A stretch of DNA of 62,976 nucleotides, filler included, from Octopus bimaculoides (Eukaryota): the NCBI RefSeq assembly GCF_001194135.2. It is 3 parts of 3 records of this genome, joined end to end, with 100 filler letters (N's around TTAATTAATTAA, not from the genome) between each part and the next. Parts side by side here need not be neighbours in the genome. Positions count along the whole stretch, not along the records: positions 14,013 to 43,168 come from NC_068989.1; positions 43,269 to 62,976 come from NC_068981.1; 1 more part is not named here. One strand, written 5' to 3'. The translations under genes were made by a program, and so were the position numbers. Under the pieces are notes generated by a model, which saw only the letters and a program-made list of their open reading frames with translations, made no database searches and was not told the origin of the DNA. Position 1 is the stretch's first letter. Every line of letters starts with the position of its first letter. Below, one piece after another: positions 39,983-51,423 of the stretch.

Positions 39983-40330
39983 GGCGGCGAGCGGCCAGAA
40001 ACGTTAGCACGCCGGGCGAAATGCTTAGCGGTATTTCGTCTGCTGCTACGTTCTGAGTTCAAATACCACCGAGGTCGACTTTGCCTTTCATCCTTTCTGG
40101 GTCGATTAAATAAGTACCAGTTACGCACTGGGGTCGATGTAATCGACTTGTCCCCTCCCCACGAATTTCAGGCCTTTTACGTTCTGAGTTCAAATTCCAC
40201 CGAGGTCGACTTTGCATTTCATCCTTTTGTGGTCGACAAAATAAATACCAGTTGAACACTGGGGATGATGTAACCGACTCATCCCCACCTTCCTCCAAGC
40301 TATCTTTGTGGCAAAAATTTGAAATAATTA
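39983..40330 (+). mobile_element. SINE family B: full copy followed by a tandem 5'-truncated copy
   Basis: The first copy has head ggcggcgagc..gttagcacgccgggcgaaatgc and B-box gagttcaaat. The second copy restarts at tacgttctgagttcaaattcc (about 40178). Confidence 0.85.
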
Positions 40331-40381
40331 TTATGAACTGTATAAAAATAAGTGTTAAAATATTTTGTGTTGTAAAAAGTA

Positions 40382-40638
40382 CAGGGTGTTCAAAAAGTCT
40401 CTCTGCAGTGAACAGTCAACTTTTTTCATCCTGACTCTCGAAGAGTCAGACTCAAAACATGTGCAGAAGAGTCAACTTATGTATTGAAAATGAATGACGA
40501 CACTTTCAACACCTCTTATAAAGTTTTTTTAAAGTCTTATAAAGTCTAATATATTCTTTTGTAGTCTTCTTATACCATCTTGTAAATATTTATTTCGCAA
40601 TAAAATACTTACTGCGGAGAGACTTTTTGAACACCCTA
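40382..40638. mobile_element. Tc1/mariner-type MITE
   Basis: 28 bp TIRs cagggtgttcaaaaagtctctctgcagt / actgcggagagactttttgaacacccta (2 mismatches), with TA on both sides. Confidence 0.9.
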
Positions 40639-41004
40639 TATCGCCAATTTCTTGTCGATAAATTTTAGCAGCGAATCTGAAATGGCCTCCTAAGGCTCGT
40701 ATGGACCCCGGTTGAGAGCCACTGACCTAGGGTGAAAAAGTCTAACCAGGACACAAGTCCCAACCTCTATTTCATCAAAATAGTCCATCATGGCGCTAGG
40801 GGAATCATTAGTGCGTTTGGCCCCCACCGCGTCCCCAGCTTCAAAGCAATGCCTTCCTGGCATGCATAAGTCTGCGACAATATACGCTTTCATTTATTAC
40901 ATATAACGACTTAATCATAGCTTATTAATAAAAATTAATATATATTTTATTAATACGCATACACATATATAGAATATACATACATACATACATACATACA
41001 TACA

Positions 41005-41035
<31 letters not shown>

Positions 41036-42249
41036 GTGTGTGTATGTATGTTTATATATATATATATTGTTTCAACACGTTTTCACATCAAGAACATTGC
41101 NNNNNNNNNNNNNNNNNNNNNNNNNNNNNNNNNNNNNNNNNNNNNNNNNNNNNNNNNNNNNNNNNNNNNNNNNNNNNNNNNNNNNNNNNNNNNNNNNNNN
41201 NNNNNNNNNNNNNNNNNNNNNNNNNNNNNNNNNNNNNNNNNNNNNNNNNNNNNNNNNNNNNNNNNNNNNNNNNNNNNNNNNNNNNNNNNNNNNNNNNNNN
41301 NNNNNNNNNNNNNNNNNNNNNNNNNNNNNNNNNNNNNNNNNNNNNNNNNNNNNNNNNNNNNNNNNNNNNNNNNNNNNNNNNNNNNNNNNNNNNNNNNNNN
41401 NNNNNNNNNNNNNNNNNNNNNNNNNNNNNNNNNNNNNNNNNNNNNNNNNNNNNNNNNNNNNNNNNNNNNNNNNNNNNNNNNNNNNNNNNNNNNNNNNNNN
41501 NNNNNNNNNNNNNNNNNNNNNNNNNNNNNNNNNNNNNNNNNNNNNNNNNNNNNNNNNNNNNNNNNNNNNNNNNNNNNNNNNNNNNNNNNNNNNNNNNNNN
41601 NNNNNNNNNNNNNNNNNNNNNNNNNNNNNNNNNNNNNNNNNNNNNNNNNNNNNNNNNNNNNNNNNNNNNNNNNNNNNNNNNNNNNNNNNNNNNNNNNNNN
41701 NNNNNNNNNNNNNNNNNNNNNNNNNNNNNNNNNNNNNNNNNNNNNNNNNNNNNNNNNNNNNNNNNNNNNNNNNNNNNNNNNNNNNNNNNNNNNNNNNNNN
41801 NNNNNNNNNNNNNNNNNNNNNNNNNNNNNNNNNTATACACCTCTCAGTATATGCGTTTGTGTGTGTGGACACACATATTGCCATATTTTACCAATCCCGC
41901 TCACGGTTCACATATTTAAATGGATATTTTAAACAAGCTTAGAAGCCTAAATGGCTTTGCCAGACTACTGTAATTAGCTTTAAAATATAGAGTGATTTCT
42001 AAAGTAGGCACAATGCCACGAATTTGGCGGGCTTCGGTTTTTGGCGTGGGTGGTGGTGGCGGTGACGGGGTAGAGAAAAGGGGTGGGCAGTTGAGACGGT
42101 AACAGTAGGACCCCTGTATGACTGGCTGGTCCGTAGGCCTCTTGTAAACAGCGATAAATCAGTTATACTCAAAGACCAGGCAGTGGCGTTAAGCAAGGTG
42201 GCGTGCTAAGGCTACCACTAAATATATATTTGACCGAGTGTATCTTTTG

Positions 42250-42610
42250 TTTTTTACTTGTTTCAGTCATTAGACTGCAGCCATGCTGGGGCAACGCCTT
42301 GAAGGATTTGGGGTCGAATGAGTCAACCCCAGGACTTCTTTCTTTTTTCTTTGTAAATCCTGGTACTTATTCTGAAGCTCCCTTTTGTTGAACAGCTAAG
42401 TTACGGGACCTAAACACTAAGGTCCTTTGTCAAGCAGAGTAGTGGGGACAAACACAGACAGAAACAAAGACACATTTATATATTTGACGAGATTCTTTCA
42501 GTTTCGCTTCCCAAATCCACTCATACAAATCCACTTCGGTGCGCCCGAGGCTACAGAAGAAGACACTTGCCCACGGTGCTACACAATGGAACTGAACGAG
42601 GAACTATGTG
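42250..42610 (-). mobile_element. SINE family A, diverged, head lost
   Basis: Tail and core are recognisable; similarity stops after gaactatgtgg. Confidence 0.75.
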
Positions 42611-42865
42611 GCGGAGGGGCTGGGGCGAGCCCTTTTCTGCTGTAGGTTCCGAGAGTCGTTCGTCGAGTTCCGCGGTTCGCTTCTCGGACGGCGAGCCTGT
42701 CCTGTTTTGTTGCTTATACAGTTTTATGCAAACCCCTATCGGCCTTTCCCTTTGTATTGTCCTGAAGGTCTTTTTACGGCCCTTGTGGCTAATTATAAAA
42801 AGGTATTATCATTTGAGGAAGATTTGGTTGTTAATTCTAGCGAGTCTAGCGAATACGTAGATTCT

Positions 42866-43096
42866 TATTTCTTTATTGCCCACAAGGGGCTAAACATAGA
42901 GGGAACAAACAAGGACAGACAAAGGGATTAAGTCGATTACATCGACCCCAGTGCGTAACTGGTACTTAATTTACCGACCCCGAAAGGATGAAAGCTAAAG
43001 TCGACCTCGGCGGAATTTGAACTCAGAACGTAACGGCAGACGAAATACCGATAAGCATTTCGCTCGGCGCGCTACCGATTCGGCCAGCTCGCCGCC
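42866..43096 (-). mobile_element. SINE family B subfamily with an alternative (LINE-like) 3' tail
   Basis: Full head at 43096. On the minus strand the tail reads ..ttgttccctctatgtttagccccttgtgggcaataaagaaataag instead of (ATT)n. Confidence 0.85.
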
Positions 43097-43299
43097 TTAA
43101 TCTGCGAATACGCAGAATCTCCAATGTGTTAATCATTTGCTAAATAATTTGAACACGTGATTCCATCANNNNNNNNNNNNNNNNNNNNNNNNNNNNNNNN
43201 NNNNNNNNNNNNTTAATTAATTAANNNNNNNNNNNNNNNNNNNNNNNNNNNNNNNNNNNNNNNNNNNNTCTAGACATTTTCAACCTGACCATAAGTTTT

Positions 43300-43835
43300 A
43301 TAGAATATTTAATAGAAGAACGCTTAAGATCAGCTATTCTTGCTGCAAAAACCCCACCTTTTTTTATTAACCAACACAACAATAGGATAATTGCAAATAA
43401 TCATAGTGCCGATTCTCTTCTTAAAAATTGCAATTTCAAAGATGGGGCCCTCCTGTCCGTTGGAAAGAAAATGTCTGGAGAAAGGAATCGTGTATAGAAC
43501 CAAGGTGCAGATAGAAGGCTAATGCGAATATAGAACTTGTACAGGGGTTTCTGAAAATTCATTCAAAACCCGATTTAATTCGCATAGAAATTCCTTCAGA
43601 TACCCCGAAAATAGGACGAAGACCAGCCTTGCAAAATATGTCTGGGAATTAAAAGAAACAGAAGCCCGACCTTTCAACGTTACAGGCACGGTGCACATAG
43701 AAGACCCATCAAATGTGATTTATGCCTGCTGGAAAAATATTTTATTTTATTCCAGGACAATAACTCTTTAAATCAAAGACGCGAACTCTTGAATTCCTGC
43801 AGACACGCAACTAAATTTAAAATGTCAGCTAGCAA
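43300..43835 (+). mobile_element. Penelope-like element, decayed GIY-YIG domain
   Basis: Reads CPLERKCLEKGIVYRTKV..FKTRFNSHRNSFR..TSLAKYVWELKE..CDLCLLEKYFIL..NQRRELLNSCRHATKF. Confidence 0.85.
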
Positions 43836-44584
43836 CATACCATATGGATAGTGTATATTTTTTAATTCTTGGACTAGTTTTTAATCACACTGTTGGATTT
43901 GTTTCTTATAATACATGATTTATTTCGCATCGCAAAGTTATTTCGACATATTTCTTAAGAAAAACCTTCGAGTATATATATGTACACGAGTAGATATGTG
44001 TATATCTATATATCAGTAAGGGTTTTACATTATCGTATCTATGTGTATGCTTATATGTGTATGTTTATATATATATGTGTTTGTGTGTAAAACTTTCTTA
44101 TAGGAACACGGTATTTCGTTATGCAACCATAATATATCATCAAGTATATCAAAGGCTTATAAGTCAATTCTGTGTCCCACTTATGTTAGCAACGCTATTC
44201 AATCACTCTTTAAAGCGTATATCTGCATGCATTATCTCTATGTGTATAGACACATGCTGTTACCTATATACCAAGTATTTGCTTGCCATTGCACTAGTCT
44301 ATCAATTATCAATCTGACTACAATCCTTACGTAGGCAGTTTTGCAACGTTCAGAAAGATTTTGAATTCTATCACTTTCTGGCTGTCTCCATTTCCCGTAT
44401 TCCATTTTCTGAGTTCGTATAATCAGTCATACGGACAATTGTGTTAATGTACATATTCTATCTATATTTTATGGATGCATGTAAATAGTTATTTATATAG
44501 TGGTTCATCATACGCCTATCTGCACGCACATACGCACACGCACACACACACGCACACACGCGCACACACATGCACGAACGCACG

Positions 44585-44633
<49 letters not shown>

Positions 44634-45548
44634 NNNNNNNNNNNNNNNNNNNNNNNNNNNNNNNNNNNNNNNNNNNNNNNNNNNNNNNNNNNNNNNNNNN
44701 NNNNNNNNNNNNNNNNNNNNNNNNNNNNNNNNNNNNNNNNNNNNNNNNNNNNNNNNNNNNNNNNNNNNNNNNNNNNNNNNNNNNNNNNNNNNNNNNNNNN
44801 NNNNNNNNNNNNNNNNNNNNNNNNNNNNNNNNNNNNNNNNNNNNNNNNNNNNNNNNNNNNNNNNNNNNNNNNNNNNNNNNNNNNNNNNNNNNNNNNNNNN
44901 NNNNNNNNNNNNNNNNNNNNNNNNNNNNNNNNNNNNNNNNNNNNNNNNNNNNNNNNNNNNNNNNNNNNNNNNNNNNNNNNNNNNNNNNNNNNNNNNNNNN
45001 NNNNNNNNNNNNNNNNNNNNNNNNNNNNNNNNNNNNNNNNNNNNNNNNNNNNNNNNNNNNNNNNNNNNNNNNNNNNNNNNNNNNNNNNNNNNNNNNNNNN
45101 NNNNNNNNNNNNNNNNNNNNNNNNNNNNNNNNNNNNNNNNNNNNNNNNNNNNNNNNNNNNNNNNNNNNNNNNNNNNNNNNNNNNNNNNNNNNNNNNNNNN
45201 NNNNNNNNNNNNNNNNNNNNNNNNNNNNNNNNNNNNNNNNNNNNNNNNNNNNNNNNNNNNNNNNNNNNNNNNNNNNNNNNNNNNNNNNNNNNNNNNNNNN
45301 NNNNNNNNNNNNNNNNNNNNNNNNNNNNNNNNNNNNNNNNNNNNNNNNNNNNNNNNNNNNNNNNNNNNNNNNNNNNNNNNNNNNNNNNNNNNNNNNNNNN
45401 NNNNNNNNNNNNNNNNNNNNNNNNNNNNNNNNNNNNNNNNNNNNNNNNNNNNNNNNNNNNNNNNNNNNNNNNNNNNNNNNNNNNNNNNNNNNNNNNNNNN
45501 NNNNNNNNNNNNNNNNNNNNNNNNNNNNNNNNNNNNNNNNNNNNNNNN

Positions 45549-45589
<41 letters not shown>

Positions 45590-46336
45590 TAGGTACATAC
45601 ATATACATACATATAAGAAAAAGGTTGACAGTGTCTTCGAAGTTTGTATATTCGATTTGTGCATACACAACTGTATTGAATACTACTGACGGTAGATATT
45701 GATGTAAACATGTAAACATTCTCCCGACAACATTTAGGGTTTTGTGCCTATATAAAAATTTACTATTACAACAGTTATAACTTTCGATATAATTCCGTTC
45801 AGTTAGTTTAGAACTGAGTCTTTTATAATCTAGTGTAGGCACATACAAACTTTAGGTTTAGTATATTATTTAATGTTGTAATATCGTTTCTTACTAAACT
45901 AGAATGTTTCTTTGACGTAATGTCTAAGAGTAGGTCTGATAAAAATTCTATTTTAAAGATTTAGATTATTTTCCATATATCACCGGTACCCGACATTCTC
46001 TTTGATTTTCTTAGCTTTGCAGTATCGCTTCAATTTGAGATAATCTTAAAAATTTAGATGACATATTTAGACCAGAAAAAAAAATCTTATTCTTAGTTTA
46101 TTAAAACATTCTGTAAATAGTTATATATCAAGATTTAGTTCGCCCAGTTTAACATCACCGCCTTGTACAATGTTTCTTTAGCACAGTTTATTCCATTACA
46201 ACCATTCAGACCAAGTATGCGGTTACGTGATCACTTGGTATTTTAAAAGAATATGGTTTATGTTGTGAAGAGGAAGTAAAATCTAACGTGTCGGACGCTT
46301 GTCTTTTTCGAGTTGAGATAGTGGAGAGAAAGACTC

Positions 46337-46371
<35 letters not shown>

Positions 46372-47299
46372 GGGGAGGGAGAGAGAGGGAGAGAGAGGGA
46401 GTGATAGTAAGAAATATAGAAAAAGAAATAGAGGTTTTATCACTAGACCACAAAATTGAGGTTTACTGTTATGAATGCACTGCTTAATACAGCAGCAATA
46501 CACGAATTGTGGCTTTTATCCACCTTCTACCGACCATCACCAGTCTCGGAGACCCTGCAAAGGTCATGGGTGCATCCTTTCTTCTTCTGACTGAATCACA
46601 AACACAAAACGGGCTGAAATGTCTCCGTGCTGACATTTAGTATCTTCATCAGAAATACGAAAATATCACCGGTATTTAACATCATTCCACTCTTTAACAG
46701 CAATAACATTCCGATGGAGGTAATAGTTTACAACAAAGAGCAGGTATCGAAAATTACACGTAGTTGTCCTATTTCTGATGGATTCCGTAGTAGGATTCCA
46801 CCCTAAAGCATTACATTTTAGAAACTTGACTATTCCAAAGGAAGAAGGAAATTATCAGTGGTAATAGAAGTCAGTTGTCTGCTTTTATGTAACAGATATC
46901 GCATGCTTTGAAATACAATCAAACAAATAGGTTTTCGCCTTCGACTGGAAGTGAAGAAGAATTATGGATTCATCCTACAGGTAAATGAGTTTTGGTACCT
47001 TAAATCAGATGTAAAAAAATTAAGCAGATAAATAAACAATGAACGAAATGATATGCATAACCAATTCCAAGTAAATAAAGAAATTCTAATATTTTTTATT
47101 TAAGCATTTGTTGTGTTTCCAATATATAAAAGTGCAAAAGTTTTCAAATTAAAACTTTAAAATGGCGGTCTTTATAAATGTGTCACGCAATTTGTGAACA
47201 ACAGAGCTGTTGCAAGTAATCAAAGAAATAAATATACTGATTTCAAATTCTGGAACAATATTTGTTTCAAATTCAACAACAAAATTCTGGAACAACATT

Positions 47300-47480
47300 T
47301 GTTTCAAATCCTGGGACAAATTCCCAGCAAGTTCGGGGGTGGGGGGTAAGTCGATTATATCGACTCCATGTTCGACTGGTACTTACTTTATCGACCTTGA
47401 AAGGATGAAAGGTAAAGTCGACCTCGGCAGAATTTGAACTCAGAACGTAAAGGAGGACCAAATGCCGCTAAGGATTTTGC
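47300..47480 (-). mobile_element. SINE family B fragment
   Basis: Contains aagtcgattatatcgac..aaagtcgacctcggcagaatttgaactcagaacg. Confidence 0.8.
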
Positions 47481-48167
47481 TCGACGGAACAAATAGATAT
47501 ATTAATAAATAGAAGCAATGGTCACTTTTTTTCTGAAAACTTTGAAAAAACTTTTTTCATATTTGTGAGAACTAAGAAGAGCTAAATTTAGGTTTCCTTA
47601 TTTATAATCGGAAATAAGTTGAAAGCTTTAGAAATACTGACCACCTCGTACAATGTCTGTTCTCAATGTGACATAACTAACCCATTTGTTACGCCCATTG
47701 TTGAACTGACATGTTCAGCTGTATTATTTCTTCGTTTGACACACCCATTAAGAAGATTCTCTGGAAGGTCGCTCAAACTCCTAGAAATAACAGTCAAATT
47801 TCTTTCAAGTCATAATCTTAGTCGTGCGCTGAAAAATATATACAATGATTTAATCACAAATTTTTATCTATTTATGGATAGAAATATTAAAAGAAAAGGA
47901 ATCAATTTGACAAGCTACTAGATCACGAATGCTCAATTCATATCCATGAAGAGATCTGTAGCTTGTGGATATTTATAGTTTCTACAAACTCGATCGAAGG
48001 TTAAATTGCTCGTCTAATTTGCATAACAGTGCATGTGTTGACGATGCGGGTAGTTAATTGATAAATCAATGTGTTCCATAGAGTTATTTTCATAATTTGT
48101 AAGATCCATTTTCTTATACATACATACAAACATATAAACACGCACACACACACACACACACACATAC

Positions 48168-48595
48168 ACGAGGTGCATTCCAGAAGTTTTGAGACGTTTT
48201 AGGAGAAGCAGTTATAATTGTTCCATATTAATGTAATTTTAGTCTATCATTACTATACCTCTAAAAAGCTGACCTGCCAACCTTTTTTTTTACTCCAGAT
48301 TAAAGCAGACGGCCATTACAGCATTTTTAATTGATTGTCACAGAATGCAGTATGCAGTCGAGATGTGAAAACAATTTGGAAGCTCACTATTGTGTAAAGT
48401 TTTGTGTTAAACAGGACACAATCGCTATAGAAACTTATGAAATGCTCCAGACTGTTTGTGAATTAACTTGAATGAGCCAAACATCAGTTTTTCGCCGGCG
48501 CAAAAGGCCAGGCAAAGTACGTCCACCGGGAAGCTCATGATGATCTCCTTTTACGACAGTAAGGGCATCAACAATATCCACTGGTCTCCTTCTGG
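48168..48595 (+). mobile_element. Mariner remnant, internally deleted transposase
   Basis: TIR-like cgaggtgcattcc, then HYCVKFCVK..IETYEMLQTV..MSQTSVFR joined to KLMMISFYDSKG (HTH fused to the start of the catalytic domain). Confidence 0.8.
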
Positions 48596-49030
48596 CCAGT
48601 AGAGTTATTTTCATAATTTGTAAGATCCATTTTCTTATACATACATACAAACATATAAACACGCACACACACACATACACGAGGTATATNNNNNNNNNNN
48701 NNNNNNNNNNNNNNNNNNNNNNNNNNNNNNNNNNNNNNNNNNNNNNNNNNNNNNNNNNNNNNNNNNNNNNNNNNNNNNNNNNNNNNNNNNNNNNNNNNNN
48801 NNNNNNNNNNNNNNNNNNNNNNNNNNNNNNNNNNNNNNNNNNNNNNNNNNNNNNNNNNNNNNNNNNNNNNNNNNNNNNNNNNNNNNNNNNNNNNNNNNNN
48901 NNNNNNNNNNNNNNNNNNNNNNNNNNNNNNNNNNNNNNNNNNNNNNNNNNNNNNNNNNNNNNNNNNNNNNNNNNNNNNNNNNNNNNNNNNTATATATATA
49001 TATATATATCTTTCAAAAGATTTCACATTA

Positions 49031-49310
49031 ATGCCTAGTGGTTAGGGTATTCGGCTCACGATCAAAAGGTCGTGAGTTCAATTCCAGGCGACGCGTTGTG
49101 TCCTTAAGCAAGACACTTTATTTCACGTTGCTCCAGTCCACTCAGCTGGCAAAAATGAGTATTACCTGTATTTCAATGGGCCGGTCTTGTCACACTCTGT
49201 GTCACGCTGAATCTCGCCACTTGCGCGTTAATTTCACGAGTAGGCTGTTCCATTGATCTGATCAAATGGAACCCTTGTCGTCGTATCCAACAACGGAATG
49301 CCAGTTTTTT
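49031..49310 (+). mobile_element. tRNA-derived SINE sharing its 3' body with family C
   Basis: Head cctagtggttagggtattcggctcacgatc..gagttcaattcc, core gtgtccttaagcaagacactt, then cttgtcacactctgtgtcacgctgaat..gccacttgc as in 61330-61490. Confidence 0.8.
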
Positions 49311-49440
49311 AAAACATGTGTGTGTGTGTGTGTGTGTGCATGGATATGGATGTATATGCATATATGTATATATATGTATATATGTATCTATATATATATA
49401 TGTGTGCATGTGTATGGGTATGGATGTATATGTATATATG

Positions 49441-49479
<39 letters not shown>

Positions 49480-49554
49480 CTCTGTGTGTGTGTGCGTGTG
49501 TCTAACCCTGGATAACTGTAATTACAAGATTTGTGGTTTTATATTATTTTATTC

Positions 49555-49923
49555 TTATACTTGTTTCAGTAATTTGACTACGGCCATGCTGGAGCACCAC
49601 CTTTATTTGAACAAATCGACTCCTGGACTTATTCTTTGTAAGCCTTGTACTTATTCTATCGGTCTCTTTTGTTGAACCACTAGATTACGGGGACGCAAAC
49701 ACACCAATATCAGTTATCAAGCGATGGTGGGGGGACAAACACAGACACAAATAACAAACACACACATACATATACATATATATATACGACCGGCTTCTTT
49801 CAGTTTCCGTCTACCAAATCCACTCACAAGTCTTTGGTAGTCCCGAAGCTATAGTAGAAGGCACTTGCTTAAGTTGCCACGCAGTGGGGCTGAACCCGGA
49901 ACTATGTGATTGGTAAGCAAGCT
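49555..49923 (-). mobile_element. SINE family A, 3' part of the split copy
   Basis: Complete tail, microsatellite and B box; it stops at ..tggtaagcaagct. Confidence 0.9.
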
Positions 49924-51409
49924 CTTTTATTTCTTTTAAATTGCCATAAAGACATTACATAGAGGGTGACACTACAACACATATGGCGACATATGACAAT
50001 TAAAATAAAAATATGATGCTATGAATGACACATGAAAATGAACATGAAAAACATTAGAATCAAAATATTAAAATAATGATACATGAATGATAACTGAGAA
50101 ATGAGAATATGAAAAATGTGTTACTCACCCCACACTGAGTATCACTACTCGCCACCGCTGAGTCCTGAGTCCTCTTTAGTCTTTGATCTAGTCTTTCGTT
50201 TACCGTTTTCCCCATCGCTGAGTGACAACACTCTCCTCCATGTACACGTAACCCTTGTCACCGGGGAAGGGTCTTGCAAATTTTGTGGTGTCTATTCTTT
50301 CTTCTCTTTTTCCTGTGGGGAAAGGGGGTAGGTGGGTTTGGTGTCTGTATGGGAAAGGTGGGTCTGAGTGGTCTTAGGTGGGATGGAGTTGGTCTGGGGT
50401 TCCACGTCACAATGACTGTTCTTCCTCTTCTTTCTCTTTTTCCTTTTATTCTCTGTCACTGACCATTGATCCTCCTTGTTCCTTCCATCTATCTAAACTT
50501 CTTCCTTTTCTCCTCTGTCTCCACCACCGCTTCTGTTGTTTTCCTCTGCAGAGGACAGTGCGCTCTAGTTTGGCCCTTTTGGCCACATTTAAAACATCGT
50601 GAGATTCTGCCCTCCACCCACACTCTTAACACAATCTTTCCCAACGTCACCGTCTCCGCTAAACTCTCCAATTGCCTCTCCTCTACCTGTATAATGAAGT
50701 TTTTTCTCTCCATCCCCCGTTCTCCGTTTCCGTGGCTTGGAAGACAGCCACCTCCTCCTCACATCCGACGAGGACGACTGCCGCAACCCAAGCCACTACT
50801 ATATCGGGTGGAATTCCTTCTACCCTCACCTTAGAAGTCTTTCTTCCAAGGTACGTAGGTAGAAGTACCACTTCCTCCGTTTTTACAGTTGCACTCGCCA
50901 GCCTCTTTGCCTCCTCCGCTGTCCTAAGTTAGACAACCACCGTCCCATATCCATTTCCTTTCGCTATGTATGTCACTTCCTTCAAAATTGAAGGGGCCTT
51001 CAATGCTTTTTCTACCTTTTCCATCTCCATCCACTCCACCTTCCTAATCTCCACTGAGTACACCTTGTAGGTAATGGTCTTCTTTTCCATATTTTCCATA
51101 ACCCTTTTCGGGGGTAATAACTTTACGTCACCGCCCACCTTCTGTGTCATCTTACTCAGCTCCTTCATCTGGCTAGGTCCACCTCCCTTTTCTTCACCTT
51201 TGCAGCCTCAAGAAAACTCTTTACTCTTTCCAAATGCTCGTCCATTCTATTTACCGCCTTAATAAGCTCCTCCTCTGCTGAGGACAGCTCATACTTGCTA
51301 AGGTCTGAATACATTGTCTCTACCGGTATAACACCCGCTGCCAAGCAGCATAAGAAATTTCGTCCGACTTGTCAAAAATCAACACAGCGAATAGACCGAC
51401 GCATGCGCG
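49924..51409 (-). mobile_element. Gag/ORF1-only non-LTR-type element A (about 1.49 kb), no RT
   Basis: Bounded by AAGCAAGCT repeats, with AATAAA at the 3' end and a single decayed ORF1-like frame. Confidence 0.75.
50489..51314 (-). pseudogene. Element A gag/ORF1-like protein with a degenerate CCHC knuckle
   Basis: The ATG at 51314 (MYSDLSKYE..) is followed by a frameshift at about 51185, a stop at 50929 and a frameshift at about 50700. The joined protein reads KKTITYKVYS..GYGTVVV..TAEEA..LLPTYLGRK..VEGIPP..VEGRISRCFKCGQKGQTRAHCP. Confidence 0.75.
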
Positions 51410-51423
51410 GGAAGCAAGCTTCT

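Noticed and set aside
43213-43224. TTAATTAATTAA island between N runs
   Set aside because: Assembly spacer, not biological.
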